From contig OZ024741.1 in NCBI GenBank assembly GCA_964016885.1, forward strand, positions 161,944,001 to 162,008,000: a stretch of DNA of 64,000 bases, written 5' to 3'. The notes under the pieces are model-generated. The model was not told the DNA's origin. It saw only the letters and a list, made by a program, of their open reading frames with translations, and searched no databases. This DNA is from Eledone cirrhosa (lineage: Eukaryota). Both the position numbers and the translations under genes were made by a program. Below, one piece after another: positions 38,741-50,709 of the stretch. Position 1 is the first letter of the stretch; each line of letters starts with the position of its first letter.

Positions 38741-38741
<1 letters not shown>

Positions 38742-38900
38742 TAGTAAAAAAGGAAAGAAAACAGAAAATGCTAAAGGGATTTTCTCTCAGAATAACATTT
38801 AATTACAAAATGTAAAAATTTTGTAAATAAATGTTTTGATGTTATTCTGAGAGAAAATCCCTTTACCATTTTCTACTGTTTCCCCCCCGTTTTTTACTAT
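38741..38900. repeat. 160-bp imperfect fold-back (inverted repeat) next to (TA)n
   Basis: taaagggattttctctcagaataacat pairs with atgttattctgagagaaaatcccttta; outer arms atagtaaaaaa / ttttttactat; inner arms ttacaaaat / attttgtaa. Confidence 0.92.
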
Positions 38901-39121
38901 TTTCCTTATATATATCAACTCGTGTGTCACTTCTCTACATTCCATACACACACACTCTAGTTCTTCTCTACTGTTTTGACCTCTCTCTATCTCACTCTGT
39001 TCTTCTCTTTGTGTCCAGCCCTCCCACTACCTGTTGTCTTACAATCTTCCCATCATGCCAGTCTCCATCTCTGTCCTTTTGAACTGGCCTGTCCACCTTG
39101 TGTTGTCTTTTATTATTAGTT

Positions 39122-39304
39122 AGCGGTGGATTGGCAGTATCGGTAGAGGGTCGGACGCCAAGCTTTCCAGCATAGTTACGTCCCTTTACGATCCGAGTTC
39201 AAATCCCGCCGAGGTTGACTTTGCCTCTCATCCTTACGGTGTCAATAAAATAAAGTACCAGTAATGCACTGGGAATTGCTGGCCTTGTGCCTAAAGTAGA
39301 AACA
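39122..39304 (+). mobile_element. SINE family B, full copy with 10-bp TSD
   Basis: attattagtt at 39112-39121 and 39305-39314; nearly identical to 22850-23034. Confidence 0.95.
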
Positions 39305-39495
39305 ATTATTAGTTCAAGGGCTATGGCTTGAAATAGCAATAAACTTTCTCTTTTCTTTATGGCTTACCTATCAACATGTCTGTGGTGGTTTTTCTTGTTT
39401 TGTTTTAGATGTCCCAACCCTAGCAACTACCACTTTCTCTATCTCCACTATAACTCATCACAAATACTGATCATCACAACCATACTACTCTTGAT

Positions 39496-39880
39496 AGTAA
39501 TATACGTGAACGGCAAAACATAAATGAACTAAGTGAGAAATTAGGAATAATCAGATGCTGTTTACTTGAGAGAAGACTACGTTGGTATGGTCACGTGATA
39601 CGCATGAAAGACGACAGCTGTATAAAAAAGTGCAGGGTGATCAAAATTGATGGAAGTTACGGAGTAGGTAGACCCAGAAATACCTGGGACAATTTGATAA
39701 ATTGCGACCTTACACACTTGCACCTCTCTCAGACAATGTCACTGGACCGAGATCTTTGGTGCCACGCAGTAATACAGAAGACACACCTTGCCTATGTACA
39801 AAGCAAAACCTACAGTCAGTAGGCACCTCTTAACCAAATATACACCCCAACCCACTACCCCTACTCCATCCTCCAACTCT
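39496..39880 (+). mobile_element. RTE 3' fragment
   Basis: ERRLRWYGHVIRMKDDSCIKKC..GRPRNTW; near-identical inverted copy of 42440-42785. Confidence 0.92.
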
Positions 39881-39881
39881 T

Positions 39882-40801
39882 TCTAGCAGAGAAACGGACA
39901 TACGTGTACGTGTATTTATGTACACGTGTGAGTGTGTGGCTGTTTACAATTAACAGGCAGTATATAGAACGTTATTTTCCCTTTGACTAATTTATATTAA
40001 TTAGTTTCTTTCATAAATTGTATTTATTATATAAATATGGTTTACAAAAGAAACATGCATCACTGACGAGTTTACTCCTTACTCTACCAGTTAGTCTTAG
40101 TATACTTTGTCCTGCCTTTAGGTCATGACTCGAAGGAAGAGATACTCCATTGGTCGAAATACTGCGAAAGCGGCAAGAAAAAGAACAAGGCGGGCAAACG
40201 AATCGTCGGTGGAATCTGCTATTCGACAGTCGCAAGATGCTGAACGTACTGCCACCAGAAGAGCACCTGAAACAGACAACCAATGAACCATTCGCCGAAC
40301 CGTGTCAGCTTTGCAATGTCTATCAACAAATCCCAGGGTCAGACCCTAGCTGTTGCTGGTCTTCTTTTGGAAGAGTCATGTTTTTCACACGGGCAACTAT
40401 ACGTTGGCTGCTCAAGAGTGGGAAACAAGACAAATCTCTTTGCATATGCCCGACACTGAAGAACAAGGAACATTGTGTATAAGGAGGTGCTACAATCAGT
40501 GTTATGGTAGACGAGGCAGAAGGGGATATACACGATTGACTGAAGAAGGACGAGACTGTGTTAGTGGTACGACCAACGGCTGCTATCACACCAACAGCAG
40601 CAAAAACAACAACAAAAAAGAGAGGGAATGCAATTACATGCTTTTGAAAAATCTTAATGGAAAATTATTTGCCTAAGCACAAAATGTAGACACCATCCTC
40701 AGACTGAGGTATTCCATACTTCTCTGTACTGTTTCAGAAAGGAGGGATAAACATGCCAATCTATGTTTAGAAGCCTGGGCAACGCCGGGCCATTCTGCAA
40801 G
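39882..40801 (+). mobile_element. Internally deleted Helitron (RepHel N-terminus joined to Pif1-helicase C-terminus)
   Basis: MTRRKRYSIGRNTAKAARKRTRRANES from 40125; FAMSINKSQGQTL..CFSHGQLYVGCSRVG..NIVYKEVL at about 40305-40495; 3' hairpin cctgggcaacgccggg followed by caag (decayed CTAG). Confidence 0.92.
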
Positions 40802-40906
40802 TATAAAGTAATTGCTCAAATCTCAACTCCATTTTGGCTAGTTGGACTGAAACTATTTATTCCCAGTTGAAGTTCACAATATAATGTATGTATATGAATA
40901 TATATA

Positions 40907-41690
40907 CGAGGTGTGTCAGAAAAGAAAAAGAACTGGGGCCGCAAAAAAATATATTTCAAATCCAAACTACAAGTTTTCCCCATTGAAATAATCCCCCTTG
41001 AGTCTAACACACTTTCCCATCCTTCTCCCCCATGCCTCCATGAACACCTGGAAGGATTCTTCTGGGGTTCTCTGCAGCTCCATCATCACGCCCTCTTGAT
41101 TGTTTCCATATCCGGAAAATGGGTCAGCTTGATGACCCTCTTAAGCTTGGGGAAAATGAAAAATCACACGGAGCCAGGTCAGGAGAGTAGGGAGGTTGCT
41201 CCAGCACGGTGATGTTCTTCTCGGCCAGGAACTGCTGTGGACGCTCAGGGCATTGTGAGCCGGCGCTTTGTTATGGTGAAGTAGCCATGAGTTGTCCTGT
41301 CACAACTCTTCAAAATGCTGTCGCAGTTCATGCCCAGCTCACTTGCAATCAGTTGAACTGTCAGCCGACAATCACCAAGCACCATCTGTCTCACATGCTC
41401 AACATTGGCTTCAGTTCTGCTCGTTGAAGGCCTTCTGTTCCTAGGGTCATCTTCCATGTTCTTGCATCCCTCTTTGAACCTTTTGTCCCACTCAAAAGCC
41501 CATAAGTGCGACATCGTTTCATCTTCACACATTTGCTGCAGTATTCCGAGTGCTTCTGATGGAGTCTTCCCCTGCTGGATCAGAAACTTCAGGTTGATTC
41601 ATTGCTCTGTGCCCATCACTCAATGACTTAAAATTGAAGAGCTTTTAACAAAAGCACATGGAAAAACATACAATGGCTGCAGAGAGCTGA
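40907..41690 (-). mobile_element. Mariner relic with internal deletion
   Basis: TA-CGAGGTGTGTCA terminus; FEWDKRFKEG..EDDPRNRRPSTS (HTH) and QPPYSPDLAPCDF (third D motif). Confidence 0.92.
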
Positions 41691-41716
41691 GGTCACAGTT
41701 ATATACTCTATATATG

Positions 41717-42065
41717 TATCATCATCATCATCATCATTTCATTTTACGTTCGCTTTTCCCTGCTAGCAAGGGTGGGACGGGAACTGATTCTGGCTTGATT
41801 TCTACAGCTGGATGCCCTTCCTAACACCAACCTCATTTACAGTGAGTGCTGGGTGCTTTTTTGCCGTGGCACCTCCACGACCACTTTGCAGTGGAATGAT
41901 ATGGACCTTAGTCCCTATCATCTCATTTCTACAGCTGAATAAACTGGAGCAATGTGAAATAAAGTGTCTTGCTCAAGGAAACAACACATCACCCGGTCTG
42001 AGAATTGAACTCACAACCTTTCGATTGCAAGGCCAATGCTCTAACCACTAAGCCATGTGCCTCCA
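41717..42065 (-). mobile_element. SINE family A, full length
   Basis: Reverse complement of the 29310 copy, lacking one internal subrepeat. Confidence 0.95.
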
Positions 42066-42109
42066 TATATATATATATATATATAAGGACGTAAAACATT
42101 GATCATGAT

Positions 42110-43683
42110 GATCATCATCGTTTAACGTCTATCTTCCACGCTAGCATGGGTTAGACGGGAGTTGTCCCAATTTGAGGCAAGATTGGTTGGGTGACCGTGT
42201 CTCGCTCGTATAGGACTATCTGGCAGGTTTTCTACGGCTGGATGCCCTTCCTAACACCAACCACAATTACAGTGTGGACTGGGAACTTTTTACCGTGTTA
42301 CCTACACGGTCACATTACAAGTGGACTGTGTGTTTTTTTGTCATGACACCTATACGATCTCGATCTCATTATCTCATTAATTTGGACTGGATGTTGTGGT
42401 ACCAACTTTACAGAGAAAGGGTGGGGTTGGTGGGAGTGGGAGGATGGAGTAGGCGTAGTGGGTTGGGGTGTATATTTGGTTAAGAGGTGCCTACTGACTA
42501 AGTTTTGCTTTGTACATAAGCAAGGCGTGTCTTCTGTATTATTGCGTGGCACCAAAGATCTCGGTCCAGTGACATTGTCTTAGAGAGGTGCAAGTGTGTA
42601 AGGTCGCAATTTATCAAATCGTCCCAGGTTTTTCTGGGTCTACCTATTCCGTAACTTCCATCAATTTTGATCACCCTGCACTTTTTTTATACAGCTGTCG
42701 TCTTTCATGCGTATCACGTGACCATACCAATGTAGTCTTCTCTCAAATAAACAGCATCTGATTATTCCTAAACGTATATTACTATTACACATCCAACGGA
42801 GCATGCATGTTTCATTCCTTTCCAGTCTGTGCAGGTCCTCTGCACACAATGCCCATGTCTCGCTGCCATGTAACATTGCTGTTCGTATACAGGCATCATA
42901 CAATCTGCCTTTCATTTTTAGAGAGAAACCTTTTGTGGCCAACTTTTTCCATCCCGTTCTGACTCTGGCTACTGTACTTTCAGAGCACCCCCCACCACTG
43001 CTGATTTTGTCACCCAGGTAACGGAAAGTGTCCACTATTTCTATAGAACCCTCTGCGCAATTGAAAGAGCTAGTATTTTGTGGGCACTTGCTGCTACTTA
43101 TTGCACCTGATCATCGGCCACATATAAAATCTACGTTCTTAGATAGCTTACCTGTGATCTCACTACATCTTTTATGTACCCATAGTTTGCATTTGGGACA
43201 TAAAATGTAGTTTCTACCTACTCCTTTCCTACACACTGAGCATGGCCATTTCCCAGAGGGCACCTCAGCCCTATTTTCCTTTCTACATACTAGAACTCTA
43301 GTCTTAACAAGTTAACTTGAAGGCCTTTTGATTCATGTTTGGAATTTCTTCTCTAGTTTAGCCATAGATTCAGCTATGAGAGTTAGATCATCTGCGTATA
43401 GAAGTTCCCATGGGCAGCCGGTCTTAAACTCCTCTCTGTTATAGCCTGAAGGGCTAAATAGGAGGGGGCTAAGGACAGAGCCTTGATGAACACTAAATTC
43501 TTCACTATATTCATTGTTAATTCTAACCTTACTGACTGTTTCTTTATACATGGCTTGTATAGCTCTCACAAGCCATTCATCTACACCTAGTTTTCTAAGA
43601 ACCCACCAGATACTGGAGCAGGGGACTCTGTCAAAGGCTTTCTCCAGGTCTACAAAAGCTAAGTAGAGGGGTTTACTTTTAAC
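42110..43683 (-). mobile_element. 5'-truncated RTE LINE (RT to tail)
   Basis: ORFs 43333-43758 (AFVDLEKAFD, LYADD) and 42661-43035 (FRYLG, LHGSETW). Confidence 0.95.
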
Positions 43684-43693
43684 TATATATATA

Positions 43694-43770
43694 CTAGCAG
43701 TGTATCCCGGCGTTGCACGGGTAAGAACATTGGTAATAGCACCTCCAATGAGAAACATTTATTTGTGAGT
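43694..43770 (-). mobile_element. Helitron 3' terminus
   Basis: Minus strand cccgtgcaacgccggg hairpin, then atacactg-CTAG-t. Confidence 0.8.
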
Positions 43771-43774
43771 GCCT

Positions 43775-44005
43775 GTTAAAAACTCACGAACTGGACATGC
43801 TCACCGACATCCAGAGTTGACACTGCACTCAGTGCTCCTGTGGGAGCCCCTGCATGGACACACTGGAAGAGGAAGACCGAAGTTAACATATGTTGATGCC
43901 CTAAGGACTGACACTGGTCTGTTGGCAGCGATAATGAAGGACAGAGACCGCTGGAGAGAACTCGTCCATGGATCTCGGGAATTTTACCCGCCCTAGATAG
44001 ATAGA
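43775..44005 (+). mobile_element. 3' end of a further RTE-related LINE with (TAGA)n tail
   Basis: GHAHRHPEL..VLLWEPLHGHTGRGRPKLTYVDAL..MKDRDRWR. Confidence 0.75.
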
Positions 44006-44104
44006 TATTTTTATGTGTATATTTATATTTATATATATGTATATGTATATATGTGCATATGTGTTTGTATATGTATGTATATCTAAACATACATATAAAA
44101 GTGA

Positions 44105-44786
44105 AATTGTCTGTGCGTGTCCCCTCATTTTTGCACCGTCAAGGAAGCACCAGAGATGTCGCAGCCACGGCATGCCCAGCCCTCCACGCAACGGGTGTTG
44201 ACAGCAGATGGAGCGTCTGACCATGGGAACACATCCCTTCCATAAAAAGCGGAAGAGGAGACGCTCCATTTTTGAGTTGGGTCGGGGCAAGGCACAACGG
44301 TTAGGCTGTAGCAGATGACGGATGCGATGAATGCATTCCCCCACCTCTGCCCGACCTTTCAGGGACAGCTTCCTCTCGGCCCATTTCTGGGTGAGAGAGG
44401 CCACCCTATTCGTCACCTCGCTCCAGTTTTTCTCCATCTGGAGGTCCCACCGAACCAGACCCCGAGCAATTTAACCGGTCCTTCCATCCAGCGCCCCACG
44501 ACGCTGTTGGGCGGCATGGACTTGCCTCTACAGGTGCCGAGTGCCCACCGACTTTTCCTGGTTTAACTTTGCTCCTGTCACTGTTTCATATTCCTTGAGA
44601 TCGGTGCCGAGCATCTGGACAATTCCAGCGCTCTGATTATGCACCTGTAGACTGAAGAGTGGAAAACTGACAGAGGGCGCTTTCCCTGGTGGTCAGGGTG
44701 GCCGTGGTCTTTTGTGTGGTTTTCGCCACGAGTGACCCTCGGAAGTTTCCCCCCTATTGCGGAATTTTTTACACAGCCAAAACCCA
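44105..44786 (-). mobile_element. L1/Tx1-clade LINE fragment
   Basis: VKLLGVWFG..EKNWSEV..WAERKLSLKGRAEV..FRFLWKG..RGGLGMP, typical of the post-RT region of L1/Tx1 ORF2. Confidence 0.88.
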
Positions 44787-45134
44787 CGCTGGAGAGAACT
44801 CGTTCATGGATCTCGTGAATTTTACCCGCCCTAGATAGATAGATAGATAGATTTTTATGTGTATATGTGTTTGTATATGTATGTATGTATATGTATGTAT
44901 GTATATGTGTATATATATGTATATATGTGTATATGTGATAGGAAGAAAGAAGCAAAGGAAGAAAATAAACAAGACAAAATCACACAAACATCATTTCACT
45001 TCCTCAGCTCTCAGACCGGTTGTAGTTTCACACGATTTAACTTGAGAAGACTACATAAAATTGTTGGCTTGTGCAACAGAAAATAAATATTTCTGTTGGT
45101 ATGATGTATGCATGATAAATGAGCTAACTACAGT

Positions 45135-45136
<2 letters not shown>

Positions 45137-45165
<29 letters not shown>

Positions 45166-48100
45166 ACGTTTAACGTCCGTGTTCCACGCTTGCATGGGTT
45201 TGGACGGGGGTTTTCCCACTTGAGGCAAGAGTGATTGTCTTGCTCGCATAGGACTGTCTGGCGGGTTTTCTGCGGCTGGATGCCCTTCCTAACACCAACC
45301 ACGTTTACAGTGTGGACTGGGTGGTTTTTACCGTGTTACCTACACGGCCACATTACAGCGTGGACTGTGTGTTTTATTGTCATGACACCTACACGTTTGG
45401 TGGGTTTTCTACGGCTGGGTGCCCTTCCCAACACCAACCACGTTTACAGTGTGTACTGGGAGGTTTTTACCGTGTTACCTACACGGCCACATTACAGCGT
45501 GGACTGTGTTTTTTTGTCGTGACACCTACACGACCTCATTTGTTTCAGACTGGATGTTGTGGTACCAACATAACTTCACATTTAAGGGGGTGTTGTGGAT
45601 GGGGTGGGGGTAGTGGGACGGGGGTGTATTTTGTTAGAGGTGCCTACTAACTGTAGGTTTCACTAGGTAAGGCGGGTCTTCTGTATAACTGTAGCGCCAA
45701 AGATCTCGGTCCAGTGACATTGTCTTGGAGAGGTGTAAGTGTGTGAGGTCGGAATTTATCAAGTCGTCCCAGGTTTTTCTGGGTCTGCCTACTCCGTCGC
45801 TACCGTCTATCTTTATTGCCCTGCACTTTGTTATACAGCTGTCGTCTTTCATGCGCATCATGTGACCGTACCAACGTAGTCTTCTCTCGAGTAAACAACA
45901 TCTGATCCCTCTTATTCCTAATTTCTCCCTTAGTTCGTTTATGCTTTGCCGTTCACGTATATTACTATTACACATCCAGCGGAGCATGCAAGCTTCGTTT
46001 CTCTCCAGTCTGTGTATATCCTCTGCACACAATGCCCAGGTCTCACTGCCATGTAACATTGCTGTTCGTATGCAGGCATCATACAGCCTGCCTTTCATTT
46101 TTAGAGAGAACCCTTTAGCGGCCAGTAGTGGTATAAGCTCTCTGAACTTTTTCCATCCCGTTCTGACTCTAGCTACTGTACTTTCAGAGCACCCTCTCCA
46201 CTGCTGATTTTGTCACCCAGGTAATGGAAGCTGTCCACTATTTCATCTGTGCAATGGAATGAGCTAGTATTCTGTCGACACTTGCTGCTACTTATTGCAC
46301 CAGAGCACCGGCCACATATAAAATCTATATTCTTAGTTAGCTTACCTGTCATCCCACATCTTTTATGCACCCATACTTTGCAGTTGGAACATATAATGGA
46401 GTTTCTGCCTACTCCTTTCCTACACAATGAGCATGGCCATTTCCCAGAATGGACCGGTGCCCTATTTTCCTTCCTACAAACTAGAACTTTAGTCTTAGAC
46501 AAGTTAACTTTAAGGCCTTTTGATTCTAGGCCATGCTTCCATGTTTGGAATTTCTTCTCTAGTTCCGCCATTGATTCAGCTATGAGCATTAGATCATCTG
46601 CATATAGGAGTTCCCATGGGCAGCCGGTCTTGAACTCCTCTGTTATAGCCTGAAGGGCAATAATAAATAATAGGGGGCTAAGGACGGAGCCCTGATGAAC
46701 ACCAACTTTTACGCTAAACTCTTCACTATATTCGTTGTTAATTCTAACCTTGCTGACTGTTTCTTTATACATGGCTTGTATAGCTCTCACAAGCCATTCA
46801 ACACCTAGTTTTCTAAGGGCCCACCAGATAATTGAGCGGGGTACTCTGTCAAAGGTTTTCTCCAAGTCAACAAAGGCTAAGTATAGGGGTTTAACTTTAG
46901 CTAGGTACTTCTCCTGTAGTTGTCGTACAATGAAGAGAGCGTCTGTTGTACTTTTACCTGACACAAACCCGAACTGCATTTCGTCTAGATCAATTCGCTC
47001 TCTGATTAGTTGCACTATTACTTTTTCTGTGACCTTCATGACCTGGTCAATTAATTTAATGCCTCTATAGTTTCCCCTATCTAGGGCATCACCTTTACTC
47101 TTGTAGCAGTTAATGATGATGCTGCTGCGCCAGTCCTTCGGAACGACCCCATTCTGTATGACTTGGTTTACTATCCGAGTGACCATAGTGTGTCCCACCG
47201 TTCCAGATGCTTTCAGCATTTCAGCAACTATTTCCGAAGGCCCGGCCGCCTTGCCTGTCTTCATGTCTTTGATCGCCTTACTTATTATACTACCTTCAAC
47301 TAGCACTGCTGGTCCCTCTATTGGGTCGATGTGGGGGAGACTGTCTTTCTCCCAATTATTCTCCTCATTTAGTAGCCTTTCGTAGTGACACTTCCAAGCT
47401 ACCTTCTTATCAGCGTCAGTGAGGGCAAGTACACCATCATCATTAAGGACACACTTCTCCCCGACAATATCACTGTTTTCCTTGACAGATTGCCTAGCAA
47501 TCCTGAACACCTCACGTTTTTGGTCCTCGCGTTGTAGAACATGCTTGAACTTTCTTTCCTCTGCTTCCCTTCTTGCGAAGTACACTTGTCTCCTAGCTTC
47601 CCTCCTGGCCACTTGATAGTCTTCTCTACTTCCCCCATCCCACCATGCTTTCCAAGCCTGCTTTTTGGCCTTGATTCACCCCTCCACCTTACTGTTCCAC
47701 CACCAAGTTACTCTCCTCCTGCCTATAGGTCTGCTCCAGCCACAGGTTTCATCTGTCGCCTTCAGCATTTTAGCTTTCAGGAATTCCCACTGTTCCTCTA
47801 TATTGTACGACTCTAATTGCTCTTCCTTACTATCAAAAGCATCAAGTAATATGCTTTTAAATTTATTACTGGCTGTGGGGTCTTTTAACTTCCATATTTT
47901 TCTCCTGAGGATAGTCCTCTTCTGTTGTCGAGTACGTCTCGTCCTCACTATGAGGTCGCTAATTATGAGTCTGTTGAGAGGTGCATTCTTCATGGGGGAG
48001 GGATTTAGTGTTTACAACAGACACTCTGTCACGTCTCCTGGTAAGGATATAATCTACCTGACTTGTGTGTTCCCCCGATCTATAGGTGATCAAGTGATTG

Positions 48101-48640
48101 TCTCGTTTTTTGAAGTTAGTGTTACAGATAGTCAGATGGGTTATGTTAGCCATCCGCGGCCGAAACAAGGAGGAGGAGTCCTTGCATTCTCGTCCGGCAG
48201 CATGAGGTGAGTTTGTCTTTATCTTTGGCATTGTCACTGAGTGTCCAGATTTTTTCATTTCAAACTCTCCAGAATTCCGTAGTCCATCCATCATATCGAA
48301 AGGCAACCAGGTAAGTGATAGCATAGGCCGCTGACTTATGATTAGCCCACGTAATAATGGTGGTGCGTGGGGGCGAGTGGGAGGGATATGGGGTAGTTAG
48401 CGAGAAGGTTAAGCTTTAAATAAGATCCCCGTATTTTGGGCATAATTTAACAAGCATAAAAAATACAAGATTTGTTTTGAAATACAAGATTTGTTTTGAA
48501 AAATACGCTAGCATTATCGAATAGAAAAGCAACAAGGATTGGATTCTGGGATAAATGATACAGATTGATGAATGGACTAGGGAATCAAAATGGAGAGAAG
48601 GGTGAAGAAATAGCAAATTAGATAATATATGGTGCAAGAT
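45137..48640 (-). mobile_element. Long RTE LINE with most of the endonuclease deleted; putative 5'UTR at 48150-48640
   Basis: ORFs 47959-48324 (ICNTNFKK..SQVDYIL), 47676-47993, 46173-47612 (479-aa RT) and 45634-46098; (cat)n tail at 45137. Confidence 0.95.
46173..47612 (-). pseudogene. RTE reverse transcriptase ORF fragment with PHD-like finger
   Basis: All core RT motifs, plus CSLC..CSNCKVWVHKRC..CGRC. Confidence 0.93.
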
Positions 48641-48699
48641 TTACAATGCATTGAAAACAGTGGAAACAAACATAGAGAGCAATTTACAAACAATGTTAT

Positions 48700-48790
48700 T
48701 AGGTTAACATTTGTGTGACATGGAAAAAAGAAGTATTTTCAACATATCGGATATTAGTCCTTCGTCAGGAGAGAAATGAGTGTGAGAGAG
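48700..48790 (-). mobile_element. Possible Penelope-like terminal-repeat remnant with a decayed minimal hammerhead core
   Basis: Minus strand CTGACGA-A-GGA-ctaata-TCC-GATA-tgttg (consensus would have GAAA). Confidence 0.4.
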
Positions 48791-49774
48791 TTGAGGAACA
48801 GAAACAGAGTGAGAGAGAAGGGAAATTTTGGTCCCAGCTAGAGGTGTCATCAGGATGGGTGGTGTGAACAAAATGTTTTGTTTTTTTTAATATAGTTTGA
48901 TTTCCTGTCAAGTATTGTTCCCTTCTTAATTGCTGACCGAGTACCCATCTTTCTAGTCATCTTTCTTAACTGACTTTGAATTTACCTATCTGTCACTATG
49001 TACATCTTTGTATCTTTCTGGTTTTTTTATTTTTATCTTACCTCTCTATCTATCAACTATCTATCCAGATGTATTTTTTCTGTCTCTTTTTTCATTTCTC
49101 TATCTCTCTATTTACATATTTATAAGAAACCTTATAGTAAGCCAGCTAAACTTCCATAGGTGTGAGCTGAAAATTGCAGGAAAGAGAGATAATTAGTGGC
49201 AGATGTAAGTAGATAACCCATGCTAGCATGGAAAATAGATGTTAAACGATAATGAGGATGATGATGATGCATATGTGTGTGTGTGTGTGTGTGTTTGTGT
49301 GCCTATACATCTACTTATATCCGTCACTAATTATCTCTTTTCTTACCAAAAGCAGGTGCACAGAAATGATATTTTGAGATTACATACCACCACTGAGTGA
49401 TACAACTTGATACAACTGATGAGTCCTCTGGACCTTTTGTTTGGCAAGCTTTTTACAATTGAATACCCTCCCTAATGACAACCACTTTACAGAGTGTACT
49501 GGGTGCATTTTTTTTTATGGTACCAGCACTAGAGAACTTGTTAGTCAATGACTCAGCCAGGGATAATGAAAAGTTTCAAGTGTGGTTAGTTGGATAAGTA
49601 TGATGTTAAGGATGAGGGATAATAAGTATATGGGATGGGAGGTAACAAATATGATTGAGAGAGAAAGGACAGAGAAAGTTTGGCATAAGAGTATGAAATT
49701 GTGGTAGATTTGCCAGGGTATTGTAAGAGAGGAATGGTGTGGTTGTGACCTCATAGACTGGGGGAGTATAATAA

Positions 49775-49990
49775 TAATTTCTACTATAGGCACAAGTCCA
49801 GCAATTTTGGGGGAGGGGAAAAAATCAATTAAATCGACCCCAGTGTATTACTGGTGCTTTATTTTGTCGACCCTATAAGGATGAAAGGCAAAGTTAACCT
49901 CAGATGGATTTGAACTCAGAACGTAAAGTGCCATAATTCTATGCTGCAAAGCATGTTGTCTGACACTCTAACAACTCTGCCAATCCACTG
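49775..49990 (-). mobile_element. SINE family B (further degenerate copies near 14320-14630, 21450-21655, 22350-22500, 54845-55000, 58640-58860 and 59755-59900)
   Basis: Reverse complement of the family B consensus. Confidence 0.85.
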
Positions 49991-50259
49991 TGGAGGAGTA
50001 TAATAATGAGAACAGATATTAGGTAACTATAATTGGTGTGGTGGGATTGAAGAGGGTAATGTGAGGGAGATAGGTGTTTGAGAGTGATCCTGGATAGAAT
50101 GAGGGAAATATAGTGATGGTGAGAGTGGTTTATATATGTATAATGTATAAAGTTAAAGTGTAGTACTTCACTATTTTCATTGGTAAGATGAGATAAGGTC
50201 AATGCACTTTAAAAACATTTGTAGAGATGTAAAAAAAAATGATATCCTATCATTGGCTT

Positions 50260-50430
50260 TCTTATATATATATATATAGAGATAGATAGAGATAGAGATA
50301 TAGATAGATATATATAGATAGATATAGATATAGATAGATATAGGTAGATATAGATATATATATAGATGATAGATATAGATAGATATAGATATAGATATAG
50401 ATATAGATAGATATAGATAGATATATATAT
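50260..50430. repeat. (TAGATA)n/(TA)n microsatellite
   Basis: Direct reading. Confidence 0.95.
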
Positions 50431-50439
50431 AGTATAAGA

Positions 50440-50709
50440 ATAAAGGAACAAAGAATCAGTGTTGCATCATAGCATATTTAATAACATATTACATATGTTT
50501 CACTGTCGATCAGCTCGAGGAACGATCTATTATTGATCGAACTTGACTCTGGAATCGTAAGATCCTGAGATATCCATATCTGAGGATCTTTCAATTCCAG
50601 AGTCAGGTTCGATCAATAATAGATCTCTCCTCGAACTGATCAACAGTGGAACATATGTAATATGTTATTAAATATGCTATGATGCAAAACTGATTCTTTG
50701 TTCCTTTAT
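50440..50709. repeat. 270-bp palindrome (134-bp arms, 2-nt centre), possibly an inverted Penelope-like terminal repeat
   Basis: Arms 50440-50573 and 50576-50709 differ at about 10 positions by manual alignment. Confidence 0.95.
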
